The notes under the pieces were generated by a model. That model saw nothing but the letters and a program-made list of their open reading frames with translations. It had not been told where the DNA came from and made no database searches. From IMG/VR virus record IMGVR_UViG_3300030085_002643: a stretch of 27,979 nucleotides of DNA; one strand, written 5' to 3'. The stretch comes from an uncultured virus (IMG/VR IMGVR_UViG_3300030085_002643) (taxonomy: Duplodnaviria > Heunggongvirae > Uroviricota > Caudoviricetes > Kyanoviridae). A program made the position numbers and the translations under genes. Numbering within the stretch: position 1 is the first letter of the stretch; each line of letters begins with the position of its first letter. Positions 8,688-18,600 of the stretch are shown here, in pieces.

Positions 8688-9914
8688 ATGGCTAAACAAT
8701 CACTAGGTCTTGGTGCCTCTGCTAATGATAATACAGGTGATACTCTTCGTGCAGGCGGCGATAAGATCAATGACAACTTTACTGAAATATACGGTGCCAT
8801 TGGTAACGGAACCACGCTAACGGTTAGTGTTACAAACCCTGCTGTTGGTCAAGTTCTTAGATATAACGGAAGTACATTTTTACCTTCTGATTATACTCAG
8901 TTAACCTCCGCGTTAGACGTAAATGGCAACTCTATCATTTCGTCTTCTAACGGAAATATTGCTGTTGCCACGAATGGCACTGGTGATATCACGCTTGCTG
9001 CGGGTAGTGTAACATCTGTATTTGATGGTGCCACGGGAACTATTGATTTCCCGACAAAGATTTCTTATAAAAATGAATATGCTTCTTTAGGTGCTGCACC
9101 TGCCGCTGCAACTTATACAGGTTATTTTTTCACTGTTGATGGTGATGATAACCCTTATGTGAACATTAATATTACTGCTGGTGGTGCTGGTGATGTACGA
9201 GCAAAGGTTGTAACAGAATATTCTAGTATTGGACTGCTGAGTGATGTTGATATTACAACTGCAGCTCCAACTACAAACCAAGTATTAAAATGGAATGGAA
9301 CTAAATTTGTTCCTGCGGATGATGCTGCTGGAACTGCTAGTTCTACTCAAAACTTGTTTGCAACATTTGCTGCTGATTCTGGATCTACAACTGCAAACTC
9401 TGTTACAGATACACTGACAGTTACTGGCGGAACTAACATTGCTACTGCTATTGTTGGTGATACCTTAACAATTAATTTTGACGGATCGTTAACAACAACG
9501 TTTGCCGCTTTGACTGATACCGATGTATCTGGTATTGTTCAGGGCGACTCTTTATTCTGGAACGGCACATCTTGGGATGTCGTTAGAAGTCCTATTGTTT
9601 GGTGGGAAATTGGTGCTAATGGAGCATCGGATTACACTTTCAATGGACCTGGTTTTTCTTCTGCAACTAATGATCCTACGATCTATGTTCAGAGAGGATT
9701 CACTTATGCCTTTGACAATTCTACTAATGGTGGTGCTCATCCATTCAGAATTCAAAGTTCTCAAGGTTTAAGTGGCACACCATACACTGCTGGTCAAACT
9801 GGTAGTGGCACTTCGGTTCTCTATTGGACTGTTCCAATGGATGCACCTTCAACACTGTATTATCAGTGTACAATCCATGCTGCAATGCAAGGAACTATTA
9901 ACGTTGTAAGTTGA
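8688..9914 (+). CDS. Baseplate/short-fibre-like structural protein with gp9/gp10-type N-terminus and C-terminal cupredoxin-like domain (408 aa)
   Basis: N-terminus MAKQSLGLGASANDNTGDTLRAGGDKINDNFTEIY resembles the T4 gp9/gp10 N-terminal DxTGDxLRxGGxKINxNF motif. Three QVLxW/YNGxxF/W-type fibre repeats. C-terminus has HPF...LYYQCTIHAAMQG. Confidence 0.8.
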   Translation: MAKQSLGLGASANDNTGDTLRAGGDKINDNFTEIYGAIGNGTTLTVSVTNPAVGQVLRYNGSTFLPSDYTQLTSALDVNGNSIISSSNGNIAVATNGTGDITLAAGSVTSVFDGATGTIDFPTKISYKNEYASLGAAPAAATYTGYFFTVDGDDNPYVNINITAGGAGDVRAKVVTEYSSIGLLSDVDITTAAPTTNQVLKWNGTKFVPADDAAGTASSTQNLFATFAADSGSTTANSVTDTLTVTGGTNIATAIVGDTLTINFDGSLTTTFAALTDTDVSGIVQGDSLFWNGTSWDVVRSPIVWWEIGANGASDYTFNGPGFSSATNDPTIYVQRGFTYAFDNSTNGGAHPFRIQSSQGLSGTPYTAGQTGSGTSVLYWTVPMDAPSTLYYQCTIHAAMQGTINVVS

Positions 9915-9920
9915 CAATAA

Positions 9921-12900
9921 ATGGCAAGAACTGTTCCTGGAACTGGTGCTGTAATCGAACCAATATTTGACGAAGTATTTGGGGTTAGAGCGGTCAAAGT
10001 ATTAAACGGAGGATCTGGATACGTCCCGACTGATCCTCCTAGACTTACTGTGACTGGTTGTGGAACACCTGATGTAGCAGCATTACTATATCCTATTATT
10101 GATGCTGATTCTGGACGAATTACTCATGTAAGAGTTTTGAATAGAGGAAAGGGATATGATCCTCTAAGATTACAAATTGTCCCAGAGCAAGAAACACCAA
10201 ACGTTGTCACATCATTTGACATCAATAGATTATGGCAAACGCACCCAAACTCTCCAACTACAGGTACGTTTACAATTTCTAATAATGATATTACAGACAG
10301 ATTGAGACTGGTTAGTGACAATCACCCCAAACCAACTCAACATTTCTTGACCGAAAGACAACCAGGTGGTTCTACAGATGTTGTTGATAGAAGTTTTGAT
10401 CACACTGTAGTTTATCGTGGTGGTAAAGATGTGCCGTATGTTGGCACAAGAGAATTTCAAAAAAATAAAGCACTTGGTATATTAGCAAATGGTTCTTTAC
10501 TTCATACTCCTGAGTGGGGAACTGCAGGTGGAACACCTACAAACTTTTCTGTAGATACAGTAAAGTATGATTATGTAAAAAATACAAATGTATATGATGC
10601 TGTAAATGATAGTGGAGTTTATTATTATCAGTCAAGCAAAGTTGTAAATGAATTTGATCTTACTAATGGTGTATTTGATTGGGGTAATATTCAACTATAC
10701 ACTTGGAATGTAAAGGTAGAGACTGGAAATTTAGTTGTTGGTGTTACTGGATTAGATGAAACACTTGGTAATGTTGAAGTTGGTAGAATTGTTGATGAAG
10801 TAGGTGGAACTGGTAGAGGTGAGATTGCGAAAATTGTTAGAGATAATCAAAATAATATTACTAGGGTTTACATCAGAGCATTAACAGGAGATGCCTTTGT
10901 AGCAAATGATCTTCTGTTAGGTTCTAATGGATTTGAATTTAGAATCGATGGTGATCCAATTTCAATTAATCCTTACTATATTGATTTTGGACCTGATGCA
11001 GCAAAGTTTGGACCCTTTGTGCCTGGTCAATTCTATTTTGCTCCCGAAAATATTCAAGTTAGAGCAAATTATTTAATTAAATTCAACCAATCTGATGCAT
11101 CAAATCAGGCAGGTATTGGGCATCCTATCAGGTTCAGCACAACTCAAGATGGTACATTAAACGGTGGAACTTTATATTATGACAGCACGGGTTTAAGTTC
11201 AGCACCATCTGCTGATTATGAATCCATCTATTCCCCACTGTTCTTGATGAATGGTGATGAATCTAGTAGAATTTATTTCCATTGTGCATACCACAGATAT
11301 ATGGGTGGATATGCTGGTGATGAGGCATATATGGTGCTGAATACTTCAGCAGAAACTTATACTCCTACTAACAATTATTACGTTCAAGATTTTTATCAAT
11401 CAGATAGTAACGATCCGAATACCATTGATCGTTCACGATATATTGATGGTCACTCAAAAGTTCTCGGTGTATCTTTTGATGGATATCCTATATACGGACC
11501 TTGGGGATATAATTCTAGTGGTGCTGTAGCAAGGGAAGTTTCTTCTTATAGATTGAAAACAACTGCTGAGTTATCTGGTGCTAGACCTCAAGTAAATACA
11601 GCATCTACAGTAACTTACGCTGTCACTATTTCTAACGGACAGTTTCAGTTTGATGGATCTCGTCCTTCGTTCTTAGAATTAGATCGTGGTAAAACGTACA
11701 TTTTTAATCAAAATCATGCATCAAATGATAGTCAACATTTATTAATTTCTACCACAGAAGATGGTTGGCATGGTATCGATCCTGTTGTTATTGGTAATAC
11801 TGCGAACTTATATTCTGGAAATGGAATTAAATATTATATCGATGGTTCTGAAGTAACATATGCATCATATTTGTCAGGTTTTAACTTAGCAACAACTCGT
11901 GAGATTAGATTTACAGTTCCTGTAAATGCTCCTGCTGCTCTGTATTTGTTTGCATATACAACTGCTGGACATGGTATTAGAACGGTTCAGGATGGTTATA
12001 TTTTAGGTGATCTTACCGAAGATTATATTTACGATTCTAGTGTTGGAACACTGGATGAATTTAATGGTAAGTTTGCTGTAACACCAGAATATCCAAACGG
12101 AACTTACGCTTATTTTATGACCGAAGATGGTAGCGGTAATCCTACTTATCCATATGCTATCGGTCCTAAAATGTATGGAACACCTTTATTTGAAGGACAA
12201 ACCGCACCTGCTCCTGTAACTGTATTCCCATCAGGTGCAGAAGGTGATGTAGTTCTTGCTGATAATGGTAGTGTTTCATATATCAAGATGACTAAGAAGG
12301 GTGATAACTTCTTTGGTCCTGCAAAAGCAAGAATTCTTGGTGGTGAGGGAACTGGTGCTATAGGAACTCCTACTGTACAAACAGTTACTGGTTTAGCACT
12401 ACTTAATGGTGGTAGAAGTTATGCGACTCCTCCTACTCTAATTTTTGAAGGTGGTGGTGGTCAGGGTGCTCAAGGTGCTGCTGAAATTGATACTTTAGGT
12501 AAAGTTACATCCATTGCGATTACAAATCCTGGTGAATTCTATCAAGAACCTCCATTCATTTTAATTACAGGTGGCGGTGGTATTGGTGCTAAAGCAGAGG
12601 CAACTATTGATCAAGGTGTAATTACAGCAATTAATATCGTAGATCCTGGTGTTGGTTATACATCCGTTCCTAATGTTATCTTTACAAAATTAGTTACACT
12701 CAAACGTAAAACTAGAGCACGTCAGGCATTCAACTCATCAAACATTTATCTTACTGGTTTGGTTAAGAGTGTTGGAGCTAATGATTCTGAAATTTATGTA
12801 GATTCTACAGACGCATTTCCTGGATCTGGTCAAATTATTCTTAATTATGAAACAATCACTTATACCTCTAAATCAGCAGGTAAGTTTGGTGGTTTGACAA

Positions 12901-14081
12901 GAGGTGTAAACTTTAATTATGATCAACGGGTTATTCTTGACGCAGGTCAAAATGATTCAAATGGTGTTTCAACATATAATTTCAGTGTTGGAGACAGAGT
13001 TATTCGTAGAGTTGAAAATGCAAACAATAAGATTGCAAAAGTATATGATTGGAACCCTGCGACTAGAGAACTTTTAGTTACTTTTGAAGTTGATGAACTA
13101 GCATTTATTGATGGTGGTATTCCTTCTACTGAAGATGCTATCGTACAGTTTGATGCTGGTGTTGCTTCTAGTGCTCCATCTGGATTCCAACCTCATACTG
13201 TTCTTAGCACGACTGGATCTTCTATCTTCTTATTGACAGATCCTCCTTCTACTTTAGCGGATAGTTCTTTTCAGGATATCCTGCCAACAGCAGCTGGAGA
13301 CGGTATTGCTGACCTAGATAATACTGGAACTGATTTTGCAAATCAGATTAGTCTTGATGGTGGTATCTATAATTCTTTATATGGTATTGAAGAGACACAA
13401 GGTGGAACAAACACCACATTATTCCAAGTTGGTGATAATGTAAAAGATGGTAGCATTCCTCAGAAGTTTGCAACTATTGTTACTGCAGGTGCTTTGAGTG
13501 ATGGTGTTGAACATACAGCACTTTTAAGTATTAAACTTGATGCAAATAATGCTAATGGACAAAATTACAGTGTTAATGAAGTTGTTACAGGTGCAACTTC
13601 TGGTGTAATTGGAACAGTTGTTTCTTGGGATCCTGCAACATCAACACTAGTTGTTGGTAGTATTGTTCCATTTAATACTGGTAATGTCAACGTTGGTGTT
13701 GGTGGTTATCTTTATGAGTTCTCTCATGATAGCACCGTAGTTGATGTTATTATTCAAAATCCTGGCACAAACTATACTGCTGCCCCAACAGTAGCGTTTG
13801 AAAACATTGGTGACATACAGGCAACTGGAACTGCGGTTCTTACAACAGCAGGAGACCAAGTTGCTTCTATCACCATTACTAACGGTGGATATGGTATCAA
13901 ACAAACTGTTGATAATACATATAACCTGCACCCAACTATTACCTTCACCAATGCTGGTGGAGATAGCACAGGTGCGAATGCCGCAGCACAGGCAATTTTA
14001 GGAGGCGAGGACCTCGTAGGCAACGGTGGTGCAAGATATAGAATCAAGAGTATCGACTATCAAGCAACTGTTCGCTCGTAA
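9921..14081 (+). CDS. Virion structural protein, YHYH-domain family, with inserted cupredoxin-like domains and Gly-rich beta repeats (1386 aa)
   Basis: YHYH-family blocks ALGILANG, GHSKVLGVSFDGYPIYGPWG, LDEFNG...PEYPNGTYAYF, YPYAIGP. Roughly 36-aa GxxYxxxPxxxxxGGGGxGAxxxA repeats at about 12270-12680. Confidence 0.78.
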   Translation: MARTVPGTGAVIEPIFDEVFGVRAVKVLNGGSGYVPTDPPRLTVTGCGTPDVAALLYPIIDADSGRITHVRVLNRGKGYDPLRLQIVPEQETPNVVTSFDINRLWQTHPNSPTTGTFTISNNDITDRLRLVSDNHPKPTQHFLTERQPGGSTDVVDRSFDHTVVYRGGKDVPYVGTREFQKNKALGILANGSLLHTPEWGTAGGTPTNFSVDTVKYDYVKNTNVYDAVNDSGVYYYQSSKVVNEFDLTNGVFDWGNIQLYTWNVKVETGNLVVGVTGLDETLGNVEVGRIVDEVGGTGRGEIAKIVRDNQNNITRVYIRALTGDAFVANDLLLGSNGFEFRIDGDPISINPYYIDFGPDAAKFGPFVPGQFYFAPENIQVRANYLIKFNQSDASNQAGIGHPIRFSTTQDGTLNGGTLYYDSTGLSSAPSADYESIYSPLFLMNGDESSRIYFHCAYHRYMGGYAGDEAYMVLNTSAETYTPTNNYYVQDFYQSDSNDPNTIDRSRYIDGHSKVLGVSFDGYPIYGPWGYNSSGAVAREVSSYRLKTTAELSGARPQVNTASTVTYAVTISNGQFQFDGSRPSFLELDRGKTYIFNQNHASNDSQHLLISTTEDGWHGIDPVVIGNTANLYSGNGIKYYIDGSEVTYASYLSGFNLATTREIRFTVPVNAPAALYLFAYTTAGHGIRTVQDGYILGDLTEDYIYDSSVGTLDEFNGKFAVTPEYPNGTYAYFMTEDGSGNPTYPYAIGPKMYGTPLFEGQTAPAPVTVFPSGAEGDVVLADNGSVSYIKMTKKGDNFFGPAKARILGGEGTGAIGTPTVQTVTGLALLNGGRSYATPPTLIFEGGGGQGAQGAAEIDTLGKVTSIAITNPGEFYQEPPFILITGGGGIGAKAEATIDQGVITAINIVDPGVGYTSVPNVIFTKLVTLKRKTRARQAFNSSNIYLTGLVKSVGANDSEIYVDSTDAFPGSGQIILNYETITYTSKSAGKFGGLTRGVNFNYDQRVILDAGQNDSNGVSTYNFSVGDRVIRRVENANNKIAKVYDWNPATRELLVTFEVDELAFIDGGIPSTEDAIVQFDAGVASSAPSGFQPHTVLSTTGSSIFLLTDPPSTLADSSFQDILPTAAGDGIADLDNTGTDFANQISLDGGIYNSLYGIEETQGGTNTTLFQVGDNVKDGSIPQKFATIVTAGALSDGVEHTALLSIKLDANNANGQNYSVNEVVTGATSGVIGTVVSWDPATSTLVVGSIVPFNTGNVNVGVGGYLYEFSHDSTVVDVIIQNPGTNYTAAPTVAFENIGDIQATGTAVLTTAGDQVASITITNGGYGIKQTVDNTYNLHPTITFTNAGGDSTGANAAAQAILGGEDLVGNGGARYRIKSIDYQATVRS

Positions 14082-14085
14082 CCCT

Positions 14086-14093
14086 CATAAATA
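14086..14093 (+). promoter_or_regulatory. T4-type late promoter variant CATAAATA upstream of gp8
   Basis: 7/8 match to TATAAATA in the 40-nt intergenic gap. Confidence 0.65.
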
Positions 14094-14121
14094 AACAGGA
14101 GGACAATAGTACCTACACAAA

Positions 14122-15654
14122 ATGGCAGCACTATTAACTGATCAATTTAGAATTTTTTCTGCGAAAAAATTCATCAAAGCACTGGAAGGTCCTGACGCAA
14201 CTCAGAGTGACGATGCAGCGGGAACTTCCCGTGACCGTTTATATCTTTTCATTGGTAGACCACAAACTTGGGATAATGAAAACTCTCCGCCTCAAGCGGT
14301 AGATTCATTTTCTGAGTTCTCGGGTTCTTACGATGACATGATATCGATGAAGAGAGTCCTCGCTTCTGACACGATTCAGGTTGTTCGTAGAATCGACTGG
14401 GTTTCTCCAGAACAAACTACGGGTGGATTGGGTTTTACTTATGACATGTATCGTCATGATTATTCCCCATCTAAAACTGCTGCTTCGGGTGCAACAAAGT
14501 TGTATGATTCCGACTTCTATGTTGTGAATTCACAATATCAATGCTATAAATGCATTTACAACGGAACATCTCCTTCGGACCCCAACGGTAAACCTTCCAC
14601 AGTTGAACCTACAGGTACTTCTACCAGCATCATCACTACTGGTGATGGATATCGTTGGAAATACATGTATACCATTCCTGTTGCTTCAGTCCTCAAGTTT
14701 TTCTCCAACGATTACATGCCTGTCTTCACCAACACATCGGTGAAAACAAACGCAGTTGCTGGTGAAATTGATACTGTTGTTATCAACTCTGCTGGTTCTG
14801 GTTATAATAATGGCACCTATGATAATGTAGGTATCAATGGTGATGGAACTGGTGGTCGTGTTTCTGTTGTTGTAGATGGTGGTAAAGTTATTTCTGCTAC
14901 TGTTACATCTGGTGGAACTGGATATACCTTTGGTAAAGTGAGTGTTGATAACATTACTGGTATTGGTACAGGAACTGGAGGTCAAGTTGACGTTATTATT
15001 CCGCCGCCAGGTGGACATGGTGCAGATGCAGTTGTTGAACTTGGTGCTTTCCGTGTAATGATTAACGCTAAACTCTCTTATGATGAGGGTGCTGGCGACT
15101 TCCCGATTGATAACGATTATCGTCGTATCGGTCTTGTTACTAATCCTCTGAAGTTCGGAACTTCAGAATTAATTTCTGACTTGACAGTATCTGCTACAAA
15201 AGCAGCAATCTTCTCTCCTACATTCCAAGGGAACTATGTTCCTGATGAAATTATTACTCAAACACGAGTTGTTGGTGGAACCAACGTTACTGCTCGTGGT
15301 CGTGTCATTTCTTGGAATGCTACAACAAAAGTTTTGAAGTATTATCAAAACGCTGTTGATGGTATTTTCCCTGAAGTTACAGGTACACAGAATGAATTTG
15401 ACGGTTCTAACGTCATCAATGGTGCAACTTCTGGTGCTGCTGGTCAACCAGATGTTAATTTCCCTGCTGTTCCCAACTCATCTTCTAGAACAATTAACAA
15501 TACTGAGTATGACTTGGGTATGAAGTTTAATAATGGTTATTCAAAACCTGAACTGGCGTCAAATAGCGGTCAGGTTGTTTATATAGATAATAGAAGGGCA
15601 ATCAGTCGTGCAAACGACCAGGTAGAAGACATCAAAATCGTAATCGAGTTCTAA
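14122..15654 (+). CDS. gp8: Baseplate wedge subunit gp8 (510 aa)
   Basis: LYLFIGRPQTW, YDMYRHDY, VVNSQYQCYKCIYNG, STVEPTG...DGYRWKYMYTIP, DYRRIGLVTNP, and C-terminal SGQVVYIDNRRAISRANDQVEDIKIVIEF, typical of T4-like gp8. Confidence 0.92.
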   Translation: MAALLTDQFRIFSAKKFIKALEGPDATQSDDAAGTSRDRLYLFIGRPQTWDNENSPPQAVDSFSEFSGSYDDMISMKRVLASDTIQVVRRIDWVSPEQTTGGLGFTYDMYRHDYSPSKTAASGATKLYDSDFYVVNSQYQCYKCIYNGTSPSDPNGKPSTVEPTGTSTSIITTGDGYRWKYMYTIPVASVLKFFSNDYMPVFTNTSVKTNAVAGEIDTVVINSAGSGYNNGTYDNVGINGDGTGGRVSVVVDGGKVISATVTSGGTGYTFGKVSVDNITGIGTGTGGQVDVIIPPPGGHGADAVVELGAFRVMINAKLSYDEGAGDFPIDNDYRRIGLVTNPLKFGTSELISDLTVSATKAAIFSPTFQGNYVPDEIITQTRVVGGTNVTARGRVISWNATTKVLKYYQNAVDGIFPEVTGTQNEFDGSNVINGATSGAAGQPDVNFPAVPNSSSRTINNTEYDLGMKFNNGYSKPELASNSGQVVYIDNRRAISRANDQVEDIKIVIEF

Positions 15655-18600
15655 TGGCACAAAACACCAATTTAAACGTCACACCTTATTACGACGATTT
15701 TAGTACGGATAAGAATTTTTATCGAGTGCTGTTCCGTCCTGGATTCCCTATTCAGGCAAGGGAACTTACCACGATGCAGAGCATCATGCAGAATCAGGTT
15801 GAGAACGTAGGTGCTCACCTGTTCAAAGATGGTGCCATGGTCATTCCAGGTCAGGTAGGTTATGATCTGAACGTCGATGCCATCATGCTTCAAGAATCTT
15901 TCTTGGGTGCTGATGTTGAACTTTATAGAACTCAATTAAATGATAAGATCATCACTGGTCTTACTACAGGTGTAAAGGCAAAGGTCCTTTACAGTATCTC
16001 CTCTACAGAATCGGATAAAGGTTATATTACTCTATATGTAAAATATATTGAGTCTGGTGGCGACAACAGCACTCAAGAAACTTTTGCAAACAATGAACAG
16101 TTAATTACTGACACTGAAATCACTTTTGGAACCACTCTGATTGAAGTTGGTTCTCCTTTTGCTCAGTTACTTCCCACTGCTGCTCTACAAACGGGTTCTG
16201 TTGCATACGTTCAAAGTGGTGTTTATTTTATTAGGGGATTCTTTGTTGATGTCCCATATCAGTATATTCTTTTAGATCAGTATGGATCAAACCCCTCCTA
16301 TCGTATCGGACTCGATATCCAAGAGTCAATTGTCACCCCAGAAGATGACTTATCACTCAATGATAACGCAGCAGGCACATCTAATTATGCTGCTCCTGGT
16401 GCTCACAGGTTCAGAATAACAACGAACCTTATCAAGAAACTTCTCACTGATGATGCAGATAAGAACTTCCTTGAACTTCTTCGTATCAATGCATCTAAGG
16501 TAGAAAAACTTGTAGATAGAAGTGCATACGACGAGTTAGAAAAGAGTATTGCACTTAGAACTTTTGAAGAGTCTGGCAACTATGTTGTTAAAGACTTTGA
16601 AATCACCATGAGAGAAAACCTCGATGATGGTTTTAATAATGGTGTATATGCTGCAGGCACTACAACTGCCTCTGGTAATACTGCAGCAGAATCGAAATAT
16701 GCTGTGGAATTTGGTTCTGGCGTAGCGTACGTTAAAGGATATAGAATCAAGAGATTGTCTCCTGCATATGTTGATCTTGATAAACCTCGTGAGACTGATG
16801 CTTCTCAGAATACAATTATCCCATTTGAAATGGGTAACTTCACGAATGTGAAGAATGTTTATGGATTCCCTAATGTTTCGGGTTCTACAATTACTAATGC
16901 ATACCAAACATTAGAATTGCGTGATGCATTAACATCCACACCTGGTGATGCCAATGGTAACATTATTGGATATGCCCGTGTTGCATCTTTAGAGCATGTT
17001 GGCGATCCTGATCAAGTATTTGGTAATGCTGATGATCAATATAAACTGAACATTTTCGATGTTCAGATGTTTAGTGTTTTAGAGTTATCAACTGCACAGA
17101 CAATTCCTGCAGGTTCTCTGGTTGTTGGTGCTACTACTGGCGCTAGAGCACATTTAGTTGATGCTCTCTCTAATAATGATACACTAATTGTATATCAAGT
17201 AGAAGGTACATTTGCCCAAGGTGAAATGATCACCGTTGATGGTGAGAATGTAGAAACTATTAATGCTCTTCATAATTATCAGTATTCTGATACACGTTCT
17301 TTTGTCTCTAGAGATGAGAGCACAAATGCTGTTGAATTTACTTGCGATGCAATTTTAGAAGATCTGGAATTAGTTGAAGGTAGCACATTTACATACAGCA
17401 CCTCTTCAGGTAATGTTGCAACTGTAGATACTATCAGTGCTGCCGATGGTGCTAGAGTAGCAGGAACATATACTGTAACTACATACACTACTGATGGAAC
17501 TGGAACTGGAGCGACATTCTCTATCGTAATTAACGGTTCTGGTGCTGCAACAGTTACTATTCTTAAGGGTGGTTTTGGATACGTTGTAAATGAAACATTT
17601 ACCGTTGCTGCTGCACAAATTGGTGGAGCGGGTGCTGCATTAACATTTGATGTTGCTACAGTTGGTCCATCTATTGAAGGTTTGCAATCAAACTTCGCTT
17701 TGGATTTAAGACCTGGCGATCAAATTTACTTCAACAATACTCAGTTTGTTACTGTTGACACTGTAACTCAAACTGCAATTGATACCAGTGGTATTCCAAA
17801 CATTTTTAATTACGGAAGACAACTTGTAAATGTAACAGCAGGTTCATCTCCTCCAAGTGCAGGTACATATAATACCATTGTTAGATATAGAACAAAACTG
17901 TTTGGTATTGAAAATGCTGATCTTCTTAGCGATATGCCTAAGAAGTATGTGAAGAGTATTTCTGATGAATCTATGATTGTCAGAAGAACATTTGATGCTC
18001 AAACTGTTGCTTCTAACTCTATTTCTATTACTTTGCCTGAGAACGAACAGTTCCAAGCAATCAGTGATGCAAACTATACTCTCACTGTATTAGCAGGATC
18101 TAACTCTACTCATCCTGTCGGTGATCAAATTACAATCAATACCACTTCTAGTGGAGCGATTGGTTACACTACATTTACTTCTGCAGATAGAACAACTCTA
18201 CAGGTTGATAACTTAACCAATATTACATCAGTTAAAGTAACGGCAACTATTTCTAAAAACGTTACTTCTAGAAAGACAAAATCTGGTAATCAGATGTTTG
18301 TCCTTAAAGTTAACAAGACAATCAAAAATCTTGATAAGCAAAATTATAACCTGACATATTCTAACCTATATGGTACAAGAATTCAGGACACGGATATTTC
18401 TCTTGGTTTAACTGATTGTTATCGTCTTCATGCTGTATATGAATCTAATGATGATAATGATCCAATTATTCCTTCTGTCACTTTAGTTGAACCTACCTTC
18501 TTTGCTACAGGTAGTATTGTTATTGGTAGAACTTCCAAGGCAAGGGCAAAGGTCGTTGATTTCTCTTCTGGAACTTTAAAACTGAATGTTGTATATCTCT

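Noticed and set aside
9600..9914. Phage plastocyanin (petE) auxiliary metabolic gene
   Set aside because: The domain is fused to a baseplate-type N-terminus, has no signal peptide, and has the shorter C-x2-H-x2-M loop rather than plastocyanin's C-x2-H-x4-M.
9916..9923. AATAAATG as a late promoter before the 1386-aa gene
   Set aside because: Only 6/8 match and it overlaps the start codon, leaving no room for a leader.
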